Positions 43,860 through 55,033 of a stretch of DNA of 64,000 nt are shown here, one piece after another. The notes beneath the pieces were generated by a model. That model did not search any database, had not been told where the DNA came from, and saw nothing but the letters and a program-made list of their open reading frames with translations. The stretch's first letter is position 1, and each line of letters starts with the position of its first letter. This DNA is from Escherichia coli (lineage in GTDB: Bacteria; Pseudomonadota; Gammaproteobacteria; Enterobacterales; Enterobacteriaceae), in NCBI RefSeq assembly GCF_044324875.1, contig NZ_CP172185.1; one strand, written 5' to 3'. A program made the translations under genes and the position numbers.

Positions 43860-44672
43860 TTATCCTCCGAACAAGCGTTTGAGGAAGCCTTTCTTCTCTT
43901 CTTCAATGAAGCGGAAAGGACGTTCTTCTCCCAACAGACGTTCTACGGTATCTGCGTAGGCTTTACCCGCATCGGCGTTAATGTCGAGAATGACCGGTTC
44001 ACCCTGGTTAGAGGCGCGCAATACTGATTGATCCTCAGGGATCACGCCGACGAGTTTGATGCGCAGGATCTCCAGCACATCTTCCATGCTCAGCATGTCA
44101 CCTCTGCTTACGCGGCCTGGGTTATAGCGCGTTAACAGCAGGTGCTCTTTAATAGGCTCTTCGCCATTTTCTGCGCGGCGTGATTTCGACGCCAGAATGC
44201 CTAAAATACGGTCAGAGTCGCGTACTGAGGAGACTTCCGGGTTGGTGGTAATAATGGCTTCGTCTGCAAAATAGAGTGCCATTAACGCACCGGTTTCAAT
44301 CCCTGCCGGGGAGTCGCAAACAATAAATTCAAAGTCCATCGCTTTCAGATCATCAAGAACTTTGGCGACCCCTTCACGGGTGAGGGCATCTTTATCGCGA
44401 GTTTGCGATGCCGGAAGAATATAGAGATTTTCAGTACGCTTATCTTTAATTAACGCCTGATTTAGCGTTGCATCGCCCTGAATGACGTTGACGAAATCGT
44501 AAACGACCCGGCGTTCGCAACCCATAATCAGGTCGAGATTACGCAGGCCGATATCAAAATCTATCACGACAGTTTTCTTTCCCTTCTGGGCCAAACCAGT
44601 GGCGATGGCCGCGCTGGAGGTTGTCTTACCAACACCCCCTTTGCCCGAAGTAACAACAATAATGCGTGCCAT
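43860..44672 (-). CDS. minD: Septum site-determining ATPase MinD.
   Basis: 270 aa with deviant Walker A GKGGVGKTT. Confidence 0.95.
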   Translation of the reverse strand: MARIIVVTSGKGGVGKTTSSAAIATGLAQKGKKTVVIDFDIGLRNLDLIMGCERRVVYDFVNVIQGDATLNQALIKDKRTENLYILPASQTRDKDALTREGVAKVLDDLKAMDFEFIVCDSPAGIETGALMALYFADEAIITTNPEVSSVRDSDRILGILASKSRRAENGEEPIKEHLLLTRYNPGRVSRGDMLSMEDVLEILRIKLVGVIPEDQSVLRASNQGEPVILDINADAGKAYADTVERLLGEERPFRFIEEEKKGFLKRLFGG

Positions 44673-44695
44673 AGAAATTCCTTGTTAAAAAGGGA

Positions 44696-45391
44696 TCAAT
44701 TTAACGGTTGAACGGTCAAAGCGTTTTCGACTAACTGCAGTCGCGCCGCTTTGCCATAAAATTCTGCTGGGATTTGATCACTCAGCCAGTATTCACCTGC
44801 GATGGACACCAGTTCCGCCATCAGGTTCGTACAAAATATTTGCGTTTCCCGGTCACCACTTGCCCCTGCCAGCGCACGACCGCGCATCATGCCATAGACA
44901 TGAATGTTACCATCGGCAATCAATTCGGCCCCAGCGCTAACGTGGCTTGTAACAATCAGATCACATTGTGGAGCATAAATACGCTGACCGGAACGCACCG
45001 GGGTATCTATTAAACGCGTTTTTGTGACCGGCGTTGTATTTTGCGCTGGAGCCTGCGGTGCGGGAGCTGGACGCGGCGCTTTTTCCTTTCCTTCCGTCAG
45101 GATAGGCAGCCCCATTTTTTCAATTTCGGCTTTAAGTTGCGCATCTTTGCAGCCACTTACGCCAATAACCCGCAAACCGGTTGCCGAAACCGCCTTATGC
45201 ATCGCTGACCAGTTTACCGGGTCTTCCAGTGCACTGACGTTGAGTACAACGGGGGCATGTTTTAAAAATGCGGGGGCCTGAGCGATTTTGTCTTCCAGCG
45301 CCTGATGGATAACCTTAGGTTCTGCCTCATGCAGATGAACCACAGATAAAGTGAAGCTACTGCCTTTAAGCTCGATTGGCGTGTTTGACAT
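44696..45391 (-). CDS. minC: Septum formation inhibitor MinC.
   Basis: ORF 44696..45406; start taken at [13 protein letters not shown]. Confidence 0.93.
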   Translation of the reverse strand: MSNTPIELKGSSFTLSVVHLHEAEPKVIHQALEDKIAQAPAFLKHAPVVLNVSALEDPVNWSAMHKAVSATGLRVIGVSGCKDAQLKAEIEKMGLPILTEGKEKAPRPAPAPQAPAQNTTPVTKTRLIDTPVRSGQRIYAPQCDLIVTSHVSAGAELIADGNIHVYGMMRGRALAGASGDRETQIFCTNLMAELVSIAGEYWLSDQIPAEFYGKAARLQLVENALTVQPLN

Positions 45392-45909
45392 CCTGGCCTT
45401 ACTCAATTAGCTATTAATCATCGCCAGCGCGCGATGATGTTCCGAAGACTATAAGGCATGTTATAGTCTGGATTATATTGAGGCAAGTCACCCTCCCATT
45501 TATTCAGAGTAAAAGTCTATTCTGTGATAAATGGCGCTGATTCATAGCTTAAAAAATACCCTTGTCAATCAACCCATTGCCGTCGTACTTTTGATTCTTC
45601 TTATTTACGCTTCCTTTTTCCGCACCCTAATCGTGACAGCATCTTCAGGCCTGTTTAAATATCCAGTATTGAGGCAAGTGTATTTTTTCACCACGCCAGG
45701 CTTTCTTAACTTTCCATTTTTGCGGCATCATTAAAGAACAGATACCCGTTATCTTAATATCCGCCACAGAATTGCTCTATCATAGAAACCGCAGAAGACG
45801 TCTGATACTTCTGTCAGGTCATCGTAACTCGTCCAGGTCAGCGGTTTTGATTACGGATTGATGATGAAATGAGCATAAGTGTTGTACGGTTGGATTATCA
45901 GGATGTGCT

Positions 45910-46278
45910 ATGAATATGATGCGTATTTTTTATATCGGATTGTCAGGTGTGGGGATGATGTTCTCATCAATGGCGTCTGGAAATGACGCTGGCGGACTTC
46001 AATCTCCGGCGTGCGGCGTTGTTTGCGACCCGTATATTTGTGTGAACTCAGATGGCATTTCCCCAGAGTTAACAAGGAAATATCTCGGCGAAAAAGCCGC
46101 TGAAAACTTACAATCATTACAAGGCTACGATCCCAGCGAATTTACATTCGCTAACGGTGTATTTTGCGATGTTAAAGAAAAATTATGTCGTGATGATCGT
46201 TATTTTGGTGTGGATGGTAAGCGGAGTGGAAAAATCAATCAAACCACCACAAAGATGTTATTTATGTGTCGTGAGTGA
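45910..46278 (+). CDS. ycgJ: YcgJ.
   Basis: 122-aa ORF with signal peptide; K-12 synteny. Confidence 0.8.
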   Translation: MNMMRIFYIGLSGVGMMFSSMASGNDAGGLQSPACGVVCDPYICVNSDGISPELTRKYLGEKAAENLQSLQGYDPSEFTFANGVFCDVKEKLCRDDRYFGVDGKRSGKINQTTTKMLFMCRE

Positions 46279-46397
46279 TGCCTTGTTTACATTATGTTCT
46301 ATTCGGCATTGTCTGCTATTCGTCATTAACCTCTTGAGCGACAGAGAGGAGTGGGGCGTTAACGTTTATGACGGGGAGAGTCCCCGTCGGTTGACAT

Positions 46398-46799
46398 TTA
46401 CTTAATTTGAATATCGACGTTATATTTTTTAGTTTTGTTTTTACTGGCGTCGTTTCGAGTTTGCAGCACTCGCAGCTCATATTTGCCAGAAGCAGGGAGT
46501 GAGTATTGTCCGTGACTATCGAGTTCTGGGGAATATCTGGATAAATCAACAGAATCATCGATTCCTGGCCCGAAGAGGTAAGTATCAGCGCCTTCATTAG
46601 AGATACTCACATGCACTTTCTGACCTTTTTTGGCATAGAAGGTATATGTATCGTAATCGTATCCCTTTATTTCGCCGGAGTACTGAGCGCTGCTATGGCC
46701 TTTTCTGAACTCAACATTGACATTCTTACCCGCAGCAAAGCTCGTGGAGGTTAGCAGTGCAAGCAATAATACAGCCTTACTGATGCCCTTGATTTTCAT
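46398..46799 (-). CDS. pliG: Periplasmic inhibitor of g-type lysozyme PliG (YcgK).
   Basis: 133-aa ORF with signal peptide; K-12 synteny. Confidence 0.8.
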
Positions 46800-47006
46800 A
46801 GGTAGTCTCCTGTTCAGAATGAGGACGATGAACTGTTATAATATAACAATTCATCACAGGAGAATTCCAGTGGCTTTCCTGCGTTCGGTTAAATCCCGGC
46901 GCGGCATTTTTGCCGGGGGATCACTTATTAAGGGCGCATGGACTGAACAAACCGCAGAAATCTACAGCTGGCTGGCTTGTGGCGCGGGTTTCATTGATGT
47001 TAGCTT

Positions 47007-47333
47007 ATGCCAAAACCTGGCATCTCAAAGAGTAAAAGTATGTTTTGTGTGATTTATCGAAGCAGCAAGCGTGACCAGACCTATTTATATGTCGAAAAAA
47101 AAGACGATTTTTCGCGTGTACCTGAGGAACTGATGAAAGGTTTTGGTCAGCCTCAGTTAGCGATGATTCTGCCGCTGGATGGGCGGAAGAAACTGGTCAA
47201 TGCCGATATTGAAAAGGTTAAACAGGCATTAACCGAGCAAGGTTACTATTTGCAGTTACCGCCACCACCCGAAGATTTGCTGAAGCAACATCTTTCCGTC
47301 ATGGGGCAGAAAACAGACGACACGAACAAATAA
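47007..47333 (+). CDS. ycgL: YcgL (DUF709).
   Basis: 108-aa ORF; K-12 synteny. Confidence 0.8.
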   Translation: MPKPGISKSKSMFCVIYRSSKRDQTYLYVEKKDDFSRVPEELMKGFGQPQLAMILPLDGRKKLVNADIEKVKQALTEQGYYLQLPPPPEDLLKQHLSVMGQKTDDTNK

Positions 47334-47404
47334 CCGATATCCGGCGGTGGCATTATCTTTGTCGGCGCGGGTTTTCATATCCACGATAAGGTGAGGGGAA
47401 CGTT

Positions 47405-48064
47405 ATGTATCAACATCACAACTGGCAAGGTGCGCTGCTGGATTATCCGGTGAGTAAAGTAGTCTGTGTTGGTAGTAACTATGCCAAACATATTAAAGAG
47501 ATGGGTAGCGCAGTGCCCGAAGAGCCAGTGCTGTTTATTAAACCAGAAACGGCACTGTGCGATCTGCGGCAGCCATTGGCGATCCCATCCGATTTCGGTT
47601 CAGTTCATCATGAAGTCGAACTGGCGGTATTGATTGGCGCGACGCTGCGTCAGGCTACGGAAGAGCATGTCCGTAAAGCCATTGCCGGTTACGGCGTGGC
47701 GCTCGATCTGACATTGCGTGATGTTCAGGGAAAAATGAAGAAAGCCGGGCAGCCGTGGGAAAAGGCCAAAGCGTTTGATAACTCTTGTCCGCTTTCCGGG
47801 TTTATTCCCGCGGCGGAATTCACCGGCGATCCGCAAAATACAACGCTGGGCCTGAGCGTAAACGGCGAACAACGCCAGCAAGGTACGACTGCGGACATGA
47901 TCCATAAAATCGTTCCGCTGATCGCTTATATGAGCAAGTTCTTTACCCTCAAGGCCGGTGACGTTGTGCTGACAGGCACGCCTGATGGCGTCGGCCCGTT
48001 GCAAAGTGGTGATGAGCTGACAGTCACTTTCGATGGGCATTCTTTGACAACTCGCGTTTTGTAA
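47405..48064 (+). CDS. ycgM: Fumarylacetoacetate-hydrolase-family protein YcgM.
   Basis: 219-aa ORF. Confidence 0.85.
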
Positions 48065-48140
48065 TACTTTTTGTCGCCTGAAAGCGGCGGCAAAACTTGC
48101 ATCGCTGTGCCAGACTGGTTATAAGGTGCGTTTTAACGTA

Positions 48141-48602
48141 ATGGCGGAACACCTGATGAGCGATGTACCTTTCTGGCAAAGTAAAACCCTGGACGAAATG
48201 AGCGATGCGGAATGGGAGTCGTTGTGTGATGGTTGCGGTCAGTGTTGCCTGCATAAACTGATGGATGAAGACACCGACGAAATCTACTTCACTAACGTCG
48301 CCTGTCGCCAGCTCAATATTAAAACCTGTCAATGTCGGAACTACGAACGTCGTTTCGAGTTTGAACCTGACTGCATTAAATTAACCCGTGAAAATCTGCC
48401 AACATTCGAATGGCTGCCAATGACCTGCGCTTATCGCTTGCTGGCGGAAGGTAAAGATTTACCTGCGTGGCATCCGCTGCTTACTGGTTCGAAAGCGGCA
48501 ATGCATGGCGAACGTATCTCTGTGCGTCATATCGCAGTGAAAGAATCAGAAGTGATTGACTGGCAGGATCATATCTTAAATAAACCTGACTGGGCGCAGT
48601 GA
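48141..48602 (+). CDS. ycgN: UPF0260 protein YcgN (CxxCxxCC-type).
   Basis: ORF 48126..48602; ...[12 protein letters not shown]... motif. Confidence 0.8.
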
Positions 48603-48808
48603 TAAATTTAATAGATGTTGATGGGGGCTTTCTTAATATACGTCTGGATACTCGCCATTTCGTAGCCCTGTTTTTGAAAGCGCTCTGTCATAATGAGAGT
48701 TACCCGATACCTTATTATCAACAGGTAACTCTCAATCTTTAAAAAACGGCTGTGTTTTTAAATGTGATAAACTTTATACCTTGAGTACATGGAGAGAATA
48801 ATCGCTTA

Positions 48809-49720
48809 TCAGACTTCAGGTACCTCAAAGAGTGTCTTTTTACCGTGTCTTTTCTGATACTCATTACAGGTGTTAATCATTTTTTTGGCCGCTTCTTTTA
48901 GCAAAGAAAGCATTAAATCATCATAATCAACGTAGAATCTGGTTGTTTCAGTTTCCGTTTTTATCTCCCCGATGGCGGCTATTTCGGTGGTTAATTTCAA
49001 TTTGGCGGCATCGATATCTTTATTCGCTTGTTTAACCGTGTTAGACAGGGTGGTAAAGAAACTCTGCACAGATTTTAACTTGTTCTTCAATTCTGGAATC
49101 AGTTTCCCTTCAACTACGCCCGCAGCAATAGAATAGGAAATGATTAATCCAAATGGACCGGCGACGACACCGGCTGCGGCACCGGCATACGCTTCCTTCC
49201 TGATTTTATCTACCTGTGACTGGAAATAGCTGCTTTTTTCTGAAAAATCATTGGTTAACTGGCTATCTAACGCCAGCAGTTTTCCGGAAGCGTTGTTGAA
49301 ACTTTGTGAGCTTACCAGCAGGGATTTTTGCGCTTCATTCAGCTTCGTGATGCCGTCATCCAGTACCTTAATGAGAATGTCTTTCTGGGCGGATGCTTTC
49401 TTCTCATTGTACTCATCAAATAGCAAAATATATGCTGCGAGCAATTGCGTCGCAACACCACACCATTCATACACCGTTTGGGTTGCTTCAAAATACTTAT
49501 CCTGGCTATCCATAAGTAAGGTTTTAATATCGCCAACTAAAACGGAGGCTGCCTGTGAATACTCCTGTTTAAAGCGACTTAACTCTTTTATGGTTTCATC
49601 GAAGGTCTGCCAGGGGATGACCTGATCGAGATATTTATTATAAAGGTCTAATGCTCCATCTGCGGTTCCGATTGCGTTTTTAACTACCTCTACCGTTTTA
49701 TCTGCAACGATTTCAGTCAT
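48809..49720 (-). CDS. hlyE: Pore-forming haemolysin E (HlyE/ClyA).
   Basis: ORF 48809..49864; start taken at MTEIVADKTVEVVKNAI (303 aa). Confidence 0.9.
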   Translation of the reverse strand: MTEIVADKTVEVVKNAIGTADGALDLYNKYLDQVIPWQTFDETIKELSRFKQEYSQAASVLVGDIKTLLMDSQDKYFEATQTVYEWCGVATQLLAAYILLFDEYNEKKASAQKDILIKVLDDGITKLNEAQKSLLVSSQSFNNASGKLLALDSQLTNDFSEKSSYFQSQVDKIRKEAYAGAAAGVVAGPFGLIISYSIAAGVVEGKLIPELKNKLKSVQSFFTTLSNTVKQANKDIDAAKLKLTTEIAAIGEIKTETETTRFYVDYDDLMLSLLKEAAKKMINTCNEYQKRHGKKTLFEVPEV

Positions 49721-50052
49721 AATCATTTGCCTCTTTAAATATATAAATTGTAATGAAACTCCTGTTTTACAACTATTAATGAATTTTACTTCATCTAATT
49801 CATAGTTAGCCGGGCGAGATGCGTCAATGTCTTTATTTCTATTAATATGATAAATATCAAACAATGTTTAATGTCATTATGGCGAATGCTTCTATTCTAT
49901 TTTTTAGCCGGGTGATATTTTTCATTTCTGCTGGATGAGCGTCGTCGCCAGAAGGCGCGTGAGCACAGGATAAGAGAACGAAAAATCAGCAGTCTATGCA
50001 GCGACAAATATTGATAGCCTGAATCAGTATTGATCTGCTGGCAAGAACAGAC

Positions 50053-50072
50053 TACTGTATATAAAAACAGTA
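50053..50072 (+). promoter_or_regulatory. LexA (SOS) box upstream of umuDC.
   Basis: TACTGTATATAAAAACAGTA fits CTGT-N8-ACAG, ~20 bp upstream of umuD. Confidence 0.8.
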
Positions 50073-50091
50073 TAACTTCAGGCAGATTATT

Positions 50092-50511
50092 ATGTTGTTT
50101 ATCAAGCCTGCGGATCTCCGCGAAATTGTGACTTTTCCGCTATTTAGCGATCTTGTTCAGTGTGGCTTTCCTTCACCGGCCGCAGATTACGTTGAACAGC
50201 GCATCGATCTGAATCAACTGTTGATCCAGCATCCCAGCGCGACTTACTTCGTCAAAGCAAGTGGTGATTCTATGATTGACGGTGGGATTAGTGACGGTGA
50301 TTTACTGATTGTCGATAGCGCTATTACCGCCAGCCATGGTGATATTGTCATCGCTGCTGTTGACGGCGAGTTTACGGTGAAAAAATTGCAACTACGCCCG
50401 ACTGTACAGCTTATTCCCATGAACAGTGCATATTCACCCATTACCATCAGTAGCGAAGATACGCTGGATGTCTTTGGTGTGGTGATCCACGTCGTTAAGG
50501 CGATGCGCTGA
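50092..50511 (+). CDS. umuD: Translesion polymerase V subunit UmuD.
   Basis: 139 aa, LexA-like self-cleaving fold; stop overlaps umuC start. Confidence 0.95.
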
Positions 50512-51779
50512 TGTTTGCCCTCTGTGATGTAAACGCGTTTTATGCCAGCTGTGAGACGGTGTTTCGCCCTGATTTATGGGGTAAACCAGTGGTTGTGCTA
50601 TCGAATAATGACGGTTGCGTTATCGCCCGAAACGCTGAGGCAAAGGCGCTGGGTGTTAAAATGGGCGATCCCTGGTTCAAACAAAAAGATCTGTTTCGTC
50701 GCTGTGGCGTGGTTTGCTTTAGCAGCAATTATGAGCTTTACGCAGACATGAGCAATCGGGTGATGTCGACGCTGGAAGAGCTATCGCCCCGCGTCGAGAT
50801 TTACAGTATTGATGAGGCATTCTGCGATCTGACCGGTGTGCGTAATTGTCGCGATCTGACTGATTTTGGCAGAGAAATTCGCGTAACGGTACTACAACGT
50901 ACCCATCTTACTGTTGGTGTGGGGATCGCCCAGACCAAAACGCTGGCTAAGCTTGCCAATCATGCGGCAAAAAAATGGCAGCGGCAGACGGGTGGGGTGG
51001 TGGATTTATCAAATCTGGAACGCCAGCGTAAATTAATGTCTGCTCTCCCCGTGGATGAAGTCTGGGGGATTGGACGGCGGATCAGCAAAAAACTGGATGC
51101 GATGGGGATCAAAACCGTTCTCGATTTGGCGGATACAGATATCCGGTTTATCCGTAAACATTTTAATGTCGTGCTCGAAAGAACGGTGCGTGAACTGCGC
51201 GGCGAACCCTGTTTGCAACTGGAAGAGTTTGCACCGACGAAGCAGGAAATTATCTGTTCCCGCTCGTTTGGTGAACGCATCACGGATTATACGTCGATGC
51301 GGCAGGCCATTTGTAGTTACGCTGCCCGGGCGGCGGAAAAACTTCGCAGTGAGCATCAATATTGTCGGTTTATTTCCACGTTTATTAAGACGTCACCATT
51401 TGCGCTCAATGAACCTTATTACGGCAATAGCGCGTCGGTAAAACTGCTGACGCCCACTCAGGACAGCAGGGATATCATTAACGCCGCTACGCGATCTCTG
51501 GATGCCATCTGGCAAGCGGGCCATCGTTACCAAAAAGCGGGCGTGATGCTGGGGGATTTCTTCAGTCAGGGAGTCGCGCAGCTCAATTTATTCGATGACA
51601 ACGCACCGCGCCCCGGGAGTGAGCAATTGATGGCGGTAATGGATACGCTAAATGCTAAAGAGGGCAGAGGAACACTCTATTTTGCCGGGCAGGGGATCCA
51701 GCAACAATGGCAGATGAAGCGTGCCATGCTTTCACCACGTTATACAACGCGAAGTTCTGATTTACTGCGGGTCAAATAA
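50511..51779 (+). CDS. umuC: Translesion polymerase V catalytic subunit UmuC.
   Basis: 422 aa, [40 protein letters not shown] (Y-family polymerase). Confidence 0.95.
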   Translation: MFALCDVNAFYASCETVFRPDLWGKPVVVLSNNDGCVIARNAEAKALGVKMGDPWFKQKDLFRRCGVVCFSSNYELYADMSNRVMSTLEELSPRVEIYSIDEAFCDLTGVRNCRDLTDFGREIRVTVLQRTHLTVGVGIAQTKTLAKLANHAAKKWQRQTGGVVDLSNLERQRKLMSALPVDEVWGIGRRISKKLDAMGIKTVLDLADTDIRFIRKHFNVVLERTVRELRGEPCLQLEEFAPTKQEIICSRSFGERITDYTSMRQAICSYAARAAEKLRSEHQYCRFISTFIKTSPFALNEPYYGNSASVKLLTPTQDSRDIINAATRSLDAIWQAGHRYQKAGVMLGDFFSQGVAQLNLFDDNAPRPGSEQLMAVMDTLNAKEGRGTLYFAGQGIQQQWQMKRAMLSPRYTTRSSDLLRVK

Positions 51780-51794
51780 ACATAGCGGCAGGAA

Positions 51795-51817
51795 AAAAGC
51801 GCTCCCGCAGGAGCGCT
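51795..51817. terminator. Bidirectional terminator between umuC and dsbB.
   Basis: AGCGCTCC-cgcag-GAGCGCT hairpin flanked by A/T runs. Confidence 0.5.
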
Positions 51818-51824
51818 GAATGGA

Positions 51825-52355
51825 TTAGCGACCGAACAGGTCACGTTTTTTCGCTTTAAACGGCTGGGAAATCACCACCAGCACCGCGACAATCAGGTAA
51901 GCGATAAAAATACCGAGCAACCACTGCGGCATTTCCAGACCTAAAAAATCCCACTGACGCTCGGCGCAATCGCCAGAGGCGACAAACACTTGCGGCACCC
52001 ATTTATCCAGCGGCAGCCATTCCGGGAAACGAACCATAAAATCACAGGTCGCAAACGGCGAAGGATAGAGCTGAAGCATGGTGTGCTCGTAAGTTAACTG
52101 CACACCGCGGAACGCACTATACAACCAGATAACCATCGCTACATAACGCAGCGGAGTTTTCGGGGCGATCGCGCCAATCAGCGCAGCACCCAGAACGCCG
52201 AATAACGCGCAGCGTTCATAAATACAGAGCACGCAAGGTTTCAGTAACATCACATGCTGGAACCACAGTGCCGTCAGTTCCAGTGCCAGAGCGGTAAACG
52301 CCATCAACAGCCACGCGCCCCGGCCTTGTGAACATTGGTTCAAAAATCGCAACAT
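51825..52355 (-). CDS. dsbB: Disulfide bond formation protein DsbB.
   Basis: ORF 51825..52361; start taken at [17 protein letters not shown] (176 aa). Confidence 0.9.
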   Translation of the reverse strand: MLRFLNQCSQGRGAWLLMAFTALALELTALWFQHVMLLKPCVLCIYERCALFGVLGAALIGAIAPKTPLRYVAMVIWLYSAFRGVQLTYEHTMLQLYPSPFATCDFMVRFPEWLPLDKWVPQVFVASGDCAERQWDFLGLEMPQWLLGIFIAYLIVAVLVVISQPFKAKKRDLFGR

Positions 52356-52500
52356 AATCATTTCCCTGCAATATGCATAGAGTGCGCAGTTTAAACCAAT
52401 TCATTCGCTGCGCCACCAGGAGGCAGCAAAAATAGGACGCAATTGGACAATTATCGGGCGAAAAGGCAAACCGGGCATTTATATGCCCGGTAAGTTGTTA

Positions 52501-54042
52501 TCAAAGCGTTGCTATCCAGCCCATTTGCATAAACCATTCGGTTACAGGGGCAAGCGTAAACTCGACGCAAAGTAGTCCGACGAGTGTCAGGACGAGGGTG
52601 TAAGGCAGGGCCATCCACACCATGCGGCCATAAGAGAGGCGAATCAATGGCGCGAGTGCAGAGGTCAGCAGGAACAGGAACGCAGCCTGACCGTTCGGCG
52701 TAGCGACGGAGGGCAGATTGGTACCGGTATTAATGGCGACCGCCAGCAGCTCGTATTGCTTCAACGTGATAGCGCCGCTTTCCATTGCCGCTTTCGCTTC
52801 GTTGATATAAATCGTCCCCACGAAGACGTTATCCGAAATGGATGACAGCAGACCGTTGAAAATATAGAACAGCGACAGCTGAGCATGTTCCGATGCCTGC
52901 AACACAAACTGAATAATCGGCGAAAACAGTTGTTGGTCGATAATCACCGCGACTACCGAGAAAAACACCGTCAACAGTGCGGTGAATGGCAGAGATTCGG
53001 TGAAGGCTTTACCGATAGCATGTTCATCGGTGACACCGGTCAATGATGTCGCCAGAATAATGACCGACAAACCAATCAAGCCAACTTCCGCCAGATGCAA
53101 CGCCAGCGCAGTCACCAGCCAGACGCCAATAATCGCCTGGACAATCAGACGGATTTTATCCTGACGGGTACGCTGGTGGCGGCTTTGATCGTCAAACTGT
53201 TGCAACACTTCGCGGACTTTCTCCGGCAGCGTTTCACCGTAGCCAAACCAACGCAGCTTCTCTACCAGCAGGCAGGTTAACAGGCCACAAATCAGAACCG
53301 GAACGGTCACTGGCGACATGCGCAGGAAGAAATCGCCAAAATGCCAGCCAGCAGCTTTAGCGATGATCAGGTTCTGTGGTTCGCCCACCATGGTCATCAC
53401 GCCGCCTAATGCAGTGCCGACACCGGCATGCATCATCAGGCTACGCAGAAAGCCACGGAACTGTTCCAGAACCACTTTGTAATGCTTGTCGATATGACTA
53501 TCGTCTTGCAGGTCGGTATCTTCGGTACGGGAAGAGGCTACGCGGTGATAAATACCATAAAAACCGACAGCAACGCTGATCACCACCGCCACGACGGTTA
53601 AGGCATCGAGGAACGCGGAGAGGAACGCCGCCGCCACGCAAAAAGAGAGCGACAGCAGCATTTTGGAGCGAATGCTTAACAGCAAACGGGTAAATATGAA
53701 CAGCAACAGCTGTTTCATAAAATAGATACCCGCCACCATAAACATCAGTAACAGCAAGACTTCAAGATTTGCCGCCACCTCTTCACGGACGTGTTCCGCG
53801 CTGGTCATGCCGATGAATACCGCTTCGATAGCCAACAGACCACCGGGGAGCAGCGGGTAGCATTTCAGGGCCATCGCCAGAGTGAAAATAAATTCCGCTA
53901 CCAGCAACCAGCCCGCGACGAAAGGGCTGATGAGGAAAATTAACGGATTTACGATTAAGAAAATGATGAGGGCGAGTTTGTACCAGTCGGGGGACTGGCC
54001 CAAAAAATTGCGCCATAGCGCGCGGCCCCAGGAGATCTCCAT
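52501..54042 (-). CDS. nhaB: Na+/H+ antiporter NhaB.
   Basis: ORF 52501..54096; start taken at [16 protein letters not shown] (513 aa), polytopic membrane protein. Confidence 0.9.
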
Positions 54043-54263
54043 GATGGTTTCCCTTACCTTACAAATAATCAATGATGTTTTTATGTTTAAACGCAAAGCT
54101 TAACGGTCAGGCAGGAGTGAGGCAAGTCTTGATAGTCAAGGGGAAAGAGATGCGGAAAATGAAGCCTTGATCCCTTTTTTCTTCTTTTTGTCTGCTATCA
54201 GCGTAGTTAGCCCTCTGGTATGATGAGTCCAACTTTGTTTTGCTGTGTTATGGAAATCTCACT

Positions 54264-54983
54264 ATGGTCATTAAGGCGCAAAGCCCGGCGGGTTTCGCGG
54301 AAGAGTACATTATTGAAAGTATCTGGAATAACCGCTTCCCTCCCGGGACTATTTTGCCCGCAGAACGTGAACTTTCAGAATTAATTGGCGTAACGCGTAC
54401 TACGTTACGTGAAGTGTTACAGCGTCTGGCACGAGATGGCTGGTTGACCATTCAACATGGCAAGCCGACGAAGGTGAATAATTTCTGGGAAACTTCCGGT
54501 TTAAATATCCTTGAAACACTGGCGCGACTGGATCACGAAAGTGTGCCGCAGCTTATTGATAATTTGCTGTCGGTGCGTACCAATATTTCCACTATTTTTA
54601 TTCGCACCGCGTTTCGTCAGCATCCCGATAAAGCGCAGGAGGTGCTGGCTACCGCTAATGAAGTGGCCGATCACGCCGATGCCTTTGCCGAGCTGGATTA
54701 CAACATATTCCGCGGTCTGGCGTTTGCTTCCGGCAACCCGATTTACGGTCTGATCCTTAACGGGATGAAAGGACTGTATACGCGCATTGGTCGTCACTAT
54801 TTCGCCAATCCGGAAGCGCGCAGTCTGGCGCTGGGCTTCTACCAGAAACTGTCGGCGTTGTGCAGTGAAGGCGCGCACGATCAGGTGTACGAAACAGTGC
54901 GTCGCTATGGGCATGAGAGTGGCGAGATTTGGCACCGGATGCAGAAAAATCTGCCGGGTGATTTAGCCATTCAGGGGCGATAA
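54264..54983 (+). CDS. fadR: Fatty-acid metabolism regulator FadR (GntR family).
   Basis: ORF 54240..54983; start taken at [21 protein letters not shown] (239 aa). Confidence 0.93.
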   Translation: MVIKAQSPAGFAEEYIIESIWNNRFPPGTILPAERELSELIGVTRTTLREVLQRLARDGWLTIQHGKPTKVNNFWETSGLNILETLARLDHESVPQLIDNLLSVRTNISTIFIRTAFRQHPDKAQEVLATANEVADHADAFAELDYNIFRGLAFASGNPIYGLILNGMKGLYTRIGRHYFANPEARSLALGFYQKLSALCSEGAHDQVYETVRRYGHESGEIWHRMQKNLPGDLAIQGR

Positions 54984-55002
54984 TCCCTTCCGTTTAAAAA
55001 GC

Positions 55003-55032
55003 AAACCCCTCAAACGAGGGGTTTTTGTTGTT
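55003..55032. terminator. Bidirectional terminator between fadR and ycgB.
   Basis: AAACCCCTC-aaacg-AGGGGTTT followed by a T-run. Confidence 0.6.
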
Positions 55033-55033
55033 T

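Noticed and set aside
45531-45734. 67-aa ORF in the minC–ycgJ intergenic region.
   Set aside because: No RBS or conserved motif is evident; the region is the expected min operon promoter/intergenic space in K-12-like genomes.
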